Shown: piece after piece, positions 16,784 through 25,223 of the stretch
How positions within the stretch are numbered: the first letter of the stretch is position 1
How the letters are laid out: each line of letters opens with the position of its first letter
Translations under genes and position numbers: made by a program
The notes under the pieces: generated by a model
The model's input: only the letters and a program-made list of their open reading frames with translations
Database searches by the model: none
What the model was told of the DNA's origin: nothing
Virus record (IMG/VR): IMGVR_UViG_3300020432_000020
Location: 1 to 36,871 of that record
Origin: a virus
Taxonomy: Duplodnaviria > Caudoviricetes
Strand: one strand, 5' to 3'
DNA: 36,871 nt

Positions 16784-17474
16784 TGTTTTTACCTCCATTG
16801 TTGGCTACGTCTAACGCTATAATTTCACTAGCTTTTGATAATTGTTCGTGCATTTTGTCTATATACTCTTCATCCCTTTCTACCCTGATTAACAACTGCC
16901 TAGAAAAATTAGGATGGTAAGAGAAAAAGTCCCACCATTGTCTACCTGTTACCAGTAAACTACCCATTACTTGCTGAAAATATATTGGGGGCAATCTTTG
17001 TTCTCGCAAATATTCATTATGGACTGCTGGGCTTGGACACTTAATTTCTAAACCTCCATCATCACCAATAAGTCCATCCGGCGAACAACCTATAGTTAAC
17101 GGTTGCCAGATACCAAACCCAACTTGCTTGACTTTGTTACCTGTCAGGGCCATGTAATGATTCCTTGCTTCGTCTTCTAAATATGTTCCTCTATCAGCCC
17201 AATAAAAAGGATTGCTTTTGCTGTTTTCTTCCTGAGGTACAGGTATTCTAGGTTTTGCGTATGGCTCCCCAGAAATTATCTCTCCAACCAGTTGGTCGCA
17301 ATACTTTTGACCCCTTGATGACCAGCGTCCTTTAGTGTCGACTATTCTTGAAAACTGCGAAGCAGTAGGTACTCCTAGCCTCGCTGCAAACCATTCGTCT
17401 GACCCTTGTTCGCAGTCAATCCAACGTAGTCCTGTCTGCGCTGGAAACTTATTTGATGCGTCTATTATCGTCAT
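16767..17474 (-). CDS. YqaJ/lambda-exonuclease-like recombination exonuclease
   Basis: QGSDEWFAARLG.PTAS, G..LE..AR, SPDGL, LEIKCP, Y..Q motifs; start uncertain (17474 or 17489). Confidence 0.93.
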   Translation of the reverse strand: MTIIDASNKFPAQTGLRWIDCEQGSDEWFAARLGVPTASQFSRIVDTKGRWSSRGQKYCDQLVGEIISGEPYAKPRIPVPQEENSKSNPFYWADRGTYLEDEARNHYMALTGNKVKQVGFGIWQPLTIGCSPDGLIGDDGGLEIKCPSPAVHNEYLREQRLPPIYFQQVMGSLLVTGRQWWDFFSYHPNFSRQLLIRVERDEEYIDKMHEQLSKASEIIALDVANNGGKNNAKRN

Positions 17475-18006
17475 CCCATTTACCCTCAAACATTGTTTTA
17501 TTTCTATAGGTCGCTTTTAAAGCGTTTATTGTGTTGTCAGTTTTTCTATACCAAGCTTCCCATTGCCAATATTGCGGGTAAATGTTCTCTTTGGTATCTA
17601 CAATTATTTTGGGCATGGAGTAAAGCTCTCGCCCTATCCCCCAATTTGTACAGGCTCTTTTAAAAGAGTCACTAGCTCTTCCTTTTTCGGCCTCTGTTCG
17701 TGACTCTACACCCACGTCTGACTTCCAAACCCATTCGTTAGTAAAAGGGCTCCAGATTCCAACATGACAAAATAACTGCCCATCAATAATTTCATGCCTT
17801 CTTTGCCAGCCGTATTGACCTACGCACTGGTCTAGTCTATCCATATCAACCCTAGCTGTTTTATAGGCCATCAAAACTTGACCGCTGGCTATTTTAGCGC
17901 CAACCCTAAACTCTATTTGTTCAATGGATAACGGCTTTGTTAAAGCAGCCATTCTTTCAACAAAAGCTAACACATCTCCTTTATCTGATTTTTTCGCCGT
18001 CATCAT
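17449..18006 (-). CDS. Sak/Rad52-like single-strand annealing protein
   Basis: AR..M.RLD..VG..GW and K.DVG....E.EKG.ASDSFKRA...WGIGR.LY. Confidence 0.9.
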   Translation of the reverse strand: MMTAKKSDKGDVLAFVERMAALTKPLSIEQIEFRVGAKIASGQVLMAYKTARVDMDRLDQCVGQYGWQRRHEIIDGQLFCHVGIWSPFTNEWVWKSDVGVESRTEAEKGRASDSFKRACTNWGIGRELYSMPKIIVDTKENIYPQYWQWEAWYRKTDNTINALKATYRNKTMFEGKWDDDNRRIK

Positions 18007-18202
18007 ATCTCTCCAATGAAAATTCTACTTTAGTTACTTTGTAGCCTTCTGGGGCTATGCTTGTGAATTTATTGACCAAGCCCTCTAAGGTTGGGTCAGG
18101 TTCATTTTCTTCGGATTGGGTTATTATTGTTCCGGTTTGCAAGAACTGGTAAAAAAGCTCTGCCTCTTTTTTTCTAAAAGATACACACATTGTTCCTATC
18201 AC
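17981..18202 (-). CDS. Hypothetical protein (73 aa), first gene of the leftward recombination operon
   Basis: GGAG RBS before GTG; directly downstream of a conserved promoter motif. Confidence 0.7.
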   Translation of the reverse strand: MIGTMCVSFRKKEAELFYQFLQTGTIITQSEENEPDPTLEGLVNKFTSIAPEGYKVTKVEFSLERYDDGEKIR

Positions 18203-18237
18203 GGTTAGTTGTCTCCATAGTTATTGTTAGAACTATA

Positions 18238-18259
18238 ATTATAAAGTTACATATTTATA
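18238..18259 (-). promoter_or_regulatory. Conserved promoter/operator, copy 2 (leftward)
   Basis: TATAAATA-tgtaac-TTTATAAT; TTGTAT-N17-TATAAT. Confidence 0.8.
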
Positions 18260-18277
18260 AATACAAGGTTTTATAAT
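18256..18277 (+). promoter_or_regulatory. Conserved promoter/operator, copy 3 (rightward, replication gene), overlapping copy 2 by 4 bp
   Basis: TATAAATA-caaggt-TTTATAAT. Confidence 0.8.
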
Positions 18278-18318
18278 TCCTAATAATTTAGTACACTTGT
18301 TTAACAGGAGGTGAACAA

Positions 18319-18969
18319 ATGAACTATTATCCCCACCATATTGGCGATTTTAACAACGCCACAAGGAATTTAAGCTGGACACAAAAAATGGCTTATAGAG
18401 AGCTTATAGAGTTTTACTATGACCAAGAAAGTCCTATCACCGCTAATCTAGCAGATATTGAGTTTAGATTAGGTGCGCATACCCAAGAGCAAAAAGACGC
18501 AATCAAAACTGTTTTAGAACATTATTTCACTTTTGATAATGATTGCTGGCGACACGAACGCTGTGACGCTGAGATTGCTCACTACCAAGATAAAAAAGCT
18601 AGCAGAAGCAAAGCTGGCAAAGCGTCAGCAGCCAAAAGAGCTAGAACACAACAAGTGTTAAACAAAACGCAACTAACCAGTAACCAAGAACCAAAAACCA
18701 AGAACCAAACTTTTAACAAGCCAAGCCTGCAAGATTGCATAGACCATATTGCTGGCAAGGTTAAAGACCCTCGTCATACAGCAGAAGAGTTTTACAATCA
18801 TTACGAAGCCTGCAACTGGATGATAAAAGGCGGTGTTAAAATGAATAAATGGAGATCAGCATTAACTGGATGGGTCAATAGAGGCAAAAAATATGAAGCA
18901 AGTAGGCGAGATAATACCGCAAATAGGTCAGACAAAAACGACCAAGCACTTAGAGAACTTTACTCTTGA
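18319..18969 (+). CDS. DUF1376/YdaU-family putative replication initiator (216 aa)
   Basis: MNYYPHHIGDF..T..LS....AYR.LI..YY N-terminus, low-complexity linker, C-terminal F.KPS...F.NHY...W...M.KW..A..W; AGGAGGTG RBS. Confidence 0.85.
   Translation: MNYYPHHIGDFNNATRNLSWTQKMAYRELIEFYYDQESPITANLADIEFRLGAHTQEQKDAIKTVLEHYFTFDNDCWRHERCDAEIAHYQDKKASRSKAGKASAAKRARTQQVLNKTQLTSNQEPKTKNQTFNKPSLQDCIDHIAGKVKDPRHTAEEFYNHYEACNWMIKGGVKMNKWRSALTGWVNRGKKYEASRRDNTANRSDKNDQALRELYS
18675..18709 (+). repeat. Five tandem 7-mers AACCA(A/G)N inside the replication gene (origin candidate)
   Basis: aaccagt aaccaag aaccaaa aaccaag aaccaaa. Confidence 0.8.
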
Positions 18970-19273
18970 GGAATTTGGTCAAGCTATAAGGATGCTGTTA
19001 GGTTATGGCAAAAACGCACCAGCTATAGGCTCAACTGATTTCAAAATATGGTTTCGATCTATAGCCAAAGATTTTACCTTTGAAGAAGTAAAAGCTGGCG
19101 TATACCTGCTAGAAAATCATAAGGGCTATTTAGACCTAGCCACATTGCGAGAATATATAAAATCTACAAGACCCCCGCGCAGCACACCAGCCCTAGAGCA
19201 TAAGTCTGAACCAGCAAGCAAAGAGAACACAAAAAAATATATTAAAGAATTGAGAAAAGAGCTAGATATATAA
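18893..19273 (+). CDS. Hypothetical protein, possible helicase loader/replication partner (126 aa)
   Basis: GAGG RBS; overlaps the initiator C-terminus as in lambdoid O/P pairs. Function is a positional inference. Confidence 0.65.
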   Translation: MKQVGEIIPQIGQTKTTKHLENFTLEEFGQAIRMLLGYGKNAPAIGSTDFKIWFRSIAKDFTFEEVKAGVYLLENHKGYLDLATLREYIKSTRPPRSTPALEHKSEPASKENTKKYIKELRKELDI

Positions 19274-19290
19274 ATAGTTTTCTTTATAAT
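19269..19290 (+). promoter_or_regulatory. Conserved promoter/operator, copy 4
   Basis: TATAAATA-gttttc-TTTATAAT upstream of GAGGAG and ATG 19314. Confidence 0.8.
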
Positions 19291-19313
19291 AATACTTTTA
19301 GAGGAGAAAAGTT

Positions 19314-19859
19314 ATGACAGAAGAAACAAGCATTATGACGCACTTAGATACCATTAAGGGGCTAGCCAAGCAGATACAGGAGGATGGCGCACAAATACGC
19401 AAAAATAGTTTTGTGGAGGAAACATTTGGCGTTGGCGGTAGTTATGATCGTAAATCTGATTGGAAGTTAAATTATAAAAATGCAGCAAAACGAGTCATTA
19501 ACACTAGGGTTGCTGATTTTGCGCCATGCGGGGTGTGGGAGCCATCAAACGAGGCTCTAGCTATTTTGGCGCAAGAGTGGGCCGTAACAGACGAGGATTT
19601 TTTGTGGGATGCCTTGGCAGAAGAGCAAGATAAAATTGGTGTCCGCTTACTTTCCTTTATACAAAAAGGCTTAAACAATTTAACGCTAGACGAAATTATG
19701 ACGGCTGGCGAATTGTGGGCTGTTTGCGGTGCTGCTTTAGAAAGACACGCAAAAGCATTAGCGGAAAACCTTGGCGTAAATGATTACGCAGAAAGTGAAT
19801 ATGAAGTAATGATAGAAGAAGGCAAATTAAAAACACAAAATCCAGACGCTAACTTTTAG
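19314..19859 (+). CDS. Hypothetical acidic protein (181 aa)
   Basis: Strong GAGGAG RBS, own promoter motif, long ORF. Confidence 0.85.
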   Translation: MTEETSIMTHLDTIKGLAKQIQEDGAQIRKNSFVEETFGVGGSYDRKSDWKLNYKNAAKRVINTRVADFAPCGVWEPSNEALAILAQEWAVTDEDFLWDALAEEQDKIGVRLLSFIQKGLNNLTLDEIMTAGELWAVCGAALERHAKALAENLGVNDYAESEYEVMIEEGKLKTQNPDANF

Positions 19860-19868
19860 GGGGTCGTT

Positions 19869-20042
19869 ATGTATTATTTAGCAATACTCGGGTTTATAAC
19901 AATTATGGTTTTTGGCTTGGTAGGCGCTAGTGATTTAGATGTTGAACAGCAAGAATATAGCTTTTGTTTGGAAATGTACGGTTTATATGAAGAAACAAAT
20001 GGTCAACTTGGTTGGCCTAAAGAGGTTTGTTATGCGAATTGA
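19869..20042 (+). CDS. Small membrane protein (57 aa, MYYLAILGFITIMVFGLVGASD...GWPKEVCYAN), not in the ORF track
   Basis: AGGGGG RBS; N-terminal hydrophobic helix; fills the gap between two genes. Confidence 0.75.
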   Translation: MYYLAILGFITIMVFGLVGASDLDVEQQEYSFCLEMYGLYEETNGQLGWPKEVCYAN

Positions 20043-20250
20043 AGTAGAAAAAGTAAAACAATCATGGAGAATTTTTAGGCGAACAGTAGACGACAAAAAG
20101 ATTCCGGAAAATAAAATATACGCCAGCAAAGATGAGGCGTTAAGCCAAGCAAGAGAAGATCGCGATTGGTGTCTAAAAATGCTTGGCGAGGAAGCGGTCG
20201 CGGAATTAATTACTGTACACGAAGATGGCGTAAAGACATGGGTTTCGTAA
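20032..20250 (+). CDS. Hypothetical protein (72 aa, MRIEVEK...)
   Basis: Start revised to ATG 20032 after GAGG. Confidence 0.65.
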   Translation: MRIEVEKVKQSWRIFRRTVDDKKIPENKIYASKDEALSQAREDRDWCLKMLGEEAVAELITVHEDGVKTWVS

Positions 20251-20399
20251 TATTAATTTTATTCATAGGAGGTGAAAGAGTATCAGCAAATTGTGAAAAG
20301 TCTCTATGTTTCAAAAGTTTAGATGACTGTCACCGTTTTGAAGTTAGATTGAACCAACCACAAATAGGTATAACCGCAAGATGTGAAATAATCACTTAG
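20238..20399 (+). CDS. Small Cys-containing hypothetical protein (53 aa, MGFVILILFIGG...)
   Basis: Start revised to ATG 20238; hydrophobic N-terminus, F.SL..C and terminal A.C pattern. Confidence 0.55.
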   Translation: MGFVILILFIGGERVSANCEKSLCFKSLDDCHRFEVRLNQPQIGITARCEIIT

Positions 20400-20408
20400 G
20401 AGAAGTTT

Positions 20409-20600
20409 ATGAGTCAGAACCAGCAAGTCTTAAAGCACTTGAAAAAACACGGCAAAATCTCATCAATGACAGCTTTCACAAAATATGGAATAACTAGGCT
20501 GGCATCAAGAGTGTTTGATCTCAAAACTCAGGGTCATAAAATCAATACGACACTAACGACAAAAAACAAAAAAACCTTTGGTGTCTACACTTTAGATTAA
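20409..20600 (+). CDS. Winged-helix DNA-binding protein (HTH_39-like, 63 aa)
   Basis: SQ...VL.HL....I....A...YGI.RLASRV.DLK..G..I; AGGAG RBS. Confidence 0.85.
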   Translation: MSQNQQVLKHLKKHGKISSMTAFTKYGITRLASRVFDLKTQGHKINTTLTTKNKKTFGVYTLD

Positions 20601-20640
20601 TTATCCGGCATAATGCCCTCAGTAATCGCTGGGGGCTGTT

Positions 20641-21252
20641 ATGTTAAAAATTAAATATGTAGAGACAGAGTCTCTAAAATCCTACGAAAACAATTCCAAA
20701 ATACATCCTGATTTGCAAATTGACCAAATCAAAAAGTCCATAGACGAATTTGGTTTCTTTGAGCCTATCCTAATTGACGAACATAATACTGTTTTATCAG
20801 GCCACGCTAGACTGCAAGCCCTAAAAGAGCTGAACCAAGAGAAAGCTCCTACTATTTCTTTAGAGGGATTAACTGACATTCAAAAAGAAAAAGTAGTTAT
20901 TGCTGCAAACAAAATTCAAGAAAACGGAAATTGGGATAAAGACCGTGTTATTTCTGGTTTAGAAAAAATATTAAATAGTGAACCTGATGCAAAGCTGCAA
21001 AATTATGGTTTTTCTACAGAAGAGTTGAGCGTTTTACTTGGTGACGAAAACGATTTCGATTTTTCAGACGATACTTATGTTCCAGAATCCAATGAAGAAT
21101 ATGCCAACGCAATAATTCAATACGTCATAATTTTTGATGATGAAGAGCAGCAGCGAGTTTGGCATCAATTACTCACTACTTTAAAGGACAAATATCCAGA
21201 TTTGCCAACGCACAGCTCAAGGATTACAGAATTTATTAATGAAACAACATAG
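20641..21252 (+). CDS. ParB/Srx N-terminal domain protein (203 aa)
   Basis: Y.NN.K.H...QI..I..SI.EFGF..PILID...VLSGHARL.A motif; acidic linker and small C-terminal domain. Confidence 0.9.
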   Translation: MLKIKYVETESLKSYENNSKIHPDLQIDQIKKSIDEFGFFEPILIDEHNTVLSGHARLQALKELNQEKAPTISLEGLTDIQKEKVVIAANKIQENGNWDKDRVISGLEKILNSEPDAKLQNYGFSTEELSVLLGDENDFDFSDDTYVPESNEEYANAIIQYVIIFDDEEQQRVWHQLLTTLKDKYPDLPTHSSRITEFINETT

Positions 21253-22327
21253 AAAAAAATTAAAAAAATATATTGACGTTAATGTTTATGACGAAGCAAA
21301 AAACAGAATACGTCATGTAATAAATACTTTTGATACATTGGTTGTCATGTTTAGCGGAGGCAAAGATAGTTTAGCTGTTTTGCATTTGCTCAAAGAAGTG
21401 TACGAAGAAATAGGAATCAACGTAGAAAACAAACCTATCAATGTTGTTTTTAGGGATGAGGAGTTAATACCAGAAACCGTTATTAAGTTTGTAGATAAAT
21501 ACTACAAAAAAAGCTGGGTAAATATGCGTTATTACGCTGTCCCTTTGTACAGTCAAAAGTATGTTTTAGGGGAAACGGCGACTTACGTTCAATGGGATAA
21601 AAACAGAGATCACATTAGGAAGCCGCCAAGTTATGCAATTCAATTAGAGTCCAATGACAATAGGATTTTTGCGCAAGACACAATGGACTCTTTTGTTGCA
21701 AAAGAATTTAAAGGAAAAATAGCTTTTATAAACGGCATAAGGGCAACAGAGTCTTTGGTTCGTTATAGATCAAGCGTAAACAAAATAAATGAAAATTATA
21801 TAAATGCTCCTAAAGGGGATAAAGCCACAGAAAAAAATGTTCGGCTTGTAAAGCCAATTTACGATTGGGAAGAAAATGATGTTTTTAAATACTTTTATGA
21901 AAAAAACATTGAGTATTGTCCTGTTTATGATTTGCAGCTATGGAACGGTGACCAATTTAGGGTCGCTACACCAATACACCAAGAGGCAGCTAAAACTTTC
22001 CATAGGCTAAAAACCCTTGACCCTGTTTTGTATTCACAAGTTATTGAAATCTTTCCGGATATGCTTGTTCAGGAAAGGTATTACAAAGAATTTAACAAAG
22101 ACTCTATAAAGCAAAAATATGCGGGAAGCCTGCAATCAATACTACAATACATTAAAGACACGATAACTGACCCAAAACAAAAACACGAAGCATATAAAAA
22201 CTTTCAAAGTTGCGTAAAACTTCACCGTTACTCGCCAGAGGCTTACCCCCTAAAACATATTTTTAACCATTTTCTCGGCGGTGGTTACAAACGAGTAATT
22301 ATGCCCATGAGAGAGGAAGAACGGTAA
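21239..22327 (+). CDS. PAPS-reductase-fold (PP-loop) protein, IbrA-like (362 aa)
   Basis: NVY..A..RI, FSGGKDS PP-loop, F.DEE, GIRATES..R, PIYDW...DV motifs; only two Cys. Confidence 0.9.
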   Translation: MKQHRKKLKKYIDVNVYDEAKNRIRHVINTFDTLVVMFSGGKDSLAVLHLLKEVYEEIGINVENKPINVVFRDEELIPETVIKFVDKYYKKSWVNMRYYAVPLYSQKYVLGETATYVQWDKNRDHIRKPPSYAIQLESNDNRIFAQDTMDSFVAKEFKGKIAFINGIRATESLVRYRSSVNKINENYINAPKGDKATEKNVRLVKPIYDWEENDVFKYFYEKNIEYCPVYDLQLWNGDQFRVATPIHQEAAKTFHRLKTLDPVLYSQVIEIFPDMLVQERYYKEFNKDSIKQKYAGSLQSILQYIKDTITDPKQKHEAYKNFQSCVKLHRYSPEAYPLKHIFNHFLGGGYKRVIMPMREEER

Positions 22328-22848
22328 TGTCAGACCCAATAGAAACAATAGAGTGGATTGATAGCGAAAGTCTTATAGCAAATGATTACAACCCAAATAT
22401 AGTTTTCTCGCCGGAGCTGAAAGCCTTGGAGAAAAATATACTAGCTATTGGCTGGGTTCAACCTGTAATAGCAACTAAAGACAAAATTATAGTGGATGGT
22501 TTTCATAGAACCATGCTTTCAAAAGAATCTAAAAAGCTGAAAGAAAAATATAACGGTAAGGTTCCTTGCGTTATGTTTGATGTCCCAAGGGATGAGGCAA
22601 TGATTTTAACTATCAGGATGAATAGAGCAAAAGGCAGTCATGTAGCAGTTAGGATGTCCAGTATGGTTAAAGAGCTTATTGATACCCACAAATGGGCAGC
22701 AGACAATTTGGCAACTGAATTAGGGGCGACCAAAAAAGAAATAGACCTTTTGTATCAAGATGGAGTTTTCAAATTTAGAAATATAAAGAATTACAAATAT
22801 TCAAAAGCTTGGTATCCCGCTTATGCAGACGAAATTATTGAAGCCTAG
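22327..22848 (+). CDS. ParB/Srx domain protein, IbrB-like (173 aa)
   Basis: P...I.W.....ANDYNPN.V...E..L...I...GW.QP, IVDGFHR, TIR.NRAKG.H, YSKAW; TAATG coupling to the IbrA-like gene. Confidence 0.9.
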   Translation: MSDPIETIEWIDSESLIANDYNPNIVFSPELKALEKNILAIGWVQPVIATKDKIIVDGFHRTMLSKESKKLKEKYNGKVPCVMFDVPRDEAMILTIRMNRAKGSHVAVRMSSMVKELIDTHKWAADNLATELGATKKEIDLLYQDGVFKFRNIKNYKYSKAWYPAYADEIIEA

Positions 22849-23206
22849 TGTTTACGAAGAAGTCTCTGTTTTCAAGCACTTAGGAGCTAAAGAACGAGTA
22901 AGTATAAGTAACACTCAAAATACTCTGTGGTTTATAATGCAAATAGACGGAGAGCTAGCTGGGTGTTGCGGTTTGTATTTAGCGAAAGCAAAAGCAAGAT
23001 TAAAAAGCGTTTACACATTGCCTCAATACAGGGGACAAGGGCTAGGCGATTTGGCTACAGATTACAGGATAAATAAAGCAAAAGAGCTCAATTATAAACA
23101 AGTGGAAACATTGACCGTTAACCCAAGCTATTACGCAAAAAAAGGCTTTGTAATGAAATCAAAAGTGCGTAATGGAGTTTGGAAAATGACAAGAGATTTA
23201 GTATGA
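22823..23206 (+). CDS. GNAT-family acetyltransferase (127 aa)
   Basis: Acetyl-CoA motif A VYTLPQYRGQGLG and C-terminal YY.KKGF. Confidence 0.88.
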   Translation: MQTKLLKPSVYEEVSVFKHLGAKERVSISNTQNTLWFIMQIDGELAGCCGLYLAKAKARLKSVYTLPQYRGQGLGDLATDYRINKAKELNYKQVETLTVNPSYYAKKGFVMKSKVRNGVWKMTRDLV

Positions 23207-23640
23207 ACTCATATAACGGCTTTACGCCAGCACAAAGAATGAAAGCCCTACAGTGGTCTAAACAGCAGGTAGCTCTAGGTTTAAGAGATAAAAAACCAGA
23301 AAGCTGTGATATATGCGGACAAAGAAATGGTTTTTTGTGCCGTCATAGCGAAAATTATAGCGAGCCTTTTGGTGACCATATCGGCGAACTAGGCTTATGT
23401 TATATATGCCACATGATGATTCATTGCCGTTTTAAAAACCCAGATAAGTGGGCCTCTTATAAAAAAACAATAGCTGAAAATATGAGGTATGTAGCTTATA
23501 AAGGAGCTAACTGGCTGAGATTTAAAAAAGAGTTTTTGAGCAAGCATGAAATATTTGCCTTTGTAGAGCCTTCTAGCGATAACAATATTGACGTAATCAA
23601 TAAAATAGAAAGCGGGTATTATTTAAATGGAACTAATTGA
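23203..23640 (+). CDS. Zn-binding HNH-like protein (145 aa)
   Basis: Start revised to ATG 23203 (ATGA overlap); CDICG...RHSENY...LCYICHMMIH pattern. Confidence 0.7.
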   Translation: MNSYNGFTPAQRMKALQWSKQQVALGLRDKKPESCDICGQRNGFLCRHSENYSEPFGDHIGELGLCYICHMMIHCRFKNPDKWASYKKTIAENMRYVAYKGANWLRFKKEFLSKHEIFAFVEPSSDNNIDVINKIESGYYLNGTN

Positions 23641-23995
23641 AAATGTCGGCGGTAGACCTGTAAAAACGCTTACCAATGAACAGGTTGGTGAGGTTTCTAC
23701 TTTGGCGGCAGTTTTAACCAAGTCCCAACTAGCTGATTATTTTGGTATGTCAGAGAATACTTTTAGGGCGGTTGAAGAAAGACAGCCGGAGGTTTTTGAG
23801 GCTTATAAAAAAGGGAGGGCAAAAGCGACCAGCATGGTAGCTGGGCATCTAATAAAACAGATTCAATCCGGCAATACGGCAGCAACGATATTTTGGCTAA
23901 AGACGCAGGCAGGCTGGAAAGAACAAGACACAATGAACTTATCTTTAGAACAAAACAATGTAATCACAATAGTCGATGCAACTTCCCCTGACTAA
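23627..23995 (+). CDS. terS: Terminase small subunit
   Basis: GRP N-terminus, HTH-like LADYFGMSENTF, GN.AA.IFWLK..AGWKE; directly upstream of terL. Confidence 0.85.
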   Translation: MELIENVGGRPVKTLTNEQVGEVSTLAAVLTKSQLADYFGMSENTFRAVEERQPEVFEAYKKGRAKATSMVAGHLIKQIQSGNTAATIFWLKTQAGWKEQDTMNLSLEQNNVITIVDATSPD

Positions 23996-25223
23996 ACCTC
24001 AAAAAAAATTTGTAATGTCCAAGGCTAGGTTCCCAGCCATTATAGGAGGGCTTGGCTCTGGCAAAACTAAAGCGGGGATAGTTAGGCTCATTTTGTTAAT
24101 GCTGCAAGATCAAGGAACTAGCGCAGCGTACTATATGCCAACTTATGACTTATTAAAGTTAAGAGCGTTTGCTGGTATAGAGGAAGAGTTGCGAAAACTC
24201 AACAGACCTTTTGAGAGCAATCGCGCAGACTTTTCTATCAAGGTGATTGGTTACGGCACAATAATATTGAGGTCTTATGACAATCCAGAGCGCATTGTGG
24301 CTTACGAAGTTGCTCATTCTATCGTAGACGAACTAGACACCCTGCCAAGAGTCAAAGCGGAATTGGTATGGCGTAAAATTACAGAGCGTAATAGACAAAA
24401 ATGTAAACACCCGCAAGGAAATACCGTAGGCTGCGTCAGCACTCCAGACCAAGGTTACAGTGGCTTTATCTACAAAAGATGGTTCAAACAGGCTACAGAG
24501 CACCATGAGGTTATAAAAGCACCAACGGCTAGCAACCCTTATTTACCATCAGGGTATATAGAACAAATTCGACAAAATTATGACGCTGTTTTGGCTGACC
24601 TATACCTCAATGGCGAAATTGTTAGCTTACAACAAAACAAGGTTTATCATTTCTTTGATAGATTTGACCACCATACTGATAGAATTTTATATCCAGAAGA
24701 TAAAGAAATAATGGTCGGCGTTGATTTTAATGTTGGCGGTTGTTGCGCTGTCGTTAGTGTTGTTGAGGAAGGAAACCCAATAACCGTTAGTGAGTTTGTT
24801 AGTCACGATACTAGAGATTTTTGCCAACGCCTTGATAAATATAGGGAAGATGATCGGAGAATAGTTGTTTACCCAGATGCAAGCGGGTCATCACAAAGGA
24901 CTAATGCAAGTCTGTCAGATATTGATATAATCAGGGAGGCTGGCTTTGCCGTAGACACACCAAGACATAACCCACCTATTAGGGATAGAGTGAACGCAGT
25001 TAATGGTCTTTTAAGTCATAGCAAATGGCTAGTCAATACAGAGAACTGCCCAAATCTAACAGAGTCGCTTGAGGCGCAAGGTTATGATATTAAAGGGCAA
25101 CCAGAAAAGTTTAGTGAACATCCCGCAATAGACGATTGGGTCGACGCAGCGGGTTACTTTATCCATAGAAGATGGTCACTGGGTCGACTAGCCTTCCAAA
25201 CAGATATAGGTTTCTCACCATGA
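23976..25223 (+). CDS. terL: Terminase large subunit
   Basis: Walker A GGLGSGKT, Walker B SIVDE, coupling motif STP, nuclease GVDFN and D.WVDA.GY. Confidence 0.96.
   Translation: MQLPLTKPQKKFVMSKARFPAIIGGLGSGKTKAGIVRLILLMLQDQGTSAAYYMPTYDLLKLRAFAGIEEELRKLNRPFESNRADFSIKVIGYGTIILRSYDNPERIVAYEVAHSIVDELDTLPRVKAELVWRKITERNRQKCKHPQGNTVGCVSTPDQGYSGFIYKRWFKQATEHHEVIKAPTASNPYLPSGYIEQIRQNYDAVLADLYLNGEIVSLQQNKVYHFFDRFDHHTDRILYPEDKEIMVGVDFNVGGCCAVVSVVEEGNPITVSEFVSHDTRDFCQRLDKYREDDRRIVVYPDASGSSQRTNASLSDIDIIREAGFAVDTPRHNPPIRDRVNAVNGLLSHSKWLVNTENCPNLTESLEAQGYDIKGQPEKFSEHPAIDDWVDAAGYFIHRRWSLGRLAFQTDIGFSP

Noticed and set aside
21239-22327. Sulfate-assimilation auxiliary gene (cysH)
   Set aside because: Lacks the C-terminal ECG(L/I)H catalytic Cys motif and the Fe-S cysteines; coupled to an IbrB-like gene; no other sulfur genes.
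20641-22848. Phage-encoded ParABS partition system
   Set aside because: No ParA ATPase; both proteins look like ParB/Srx N-domain types without a recognisable parS-binding HTH and dimerisation domain.
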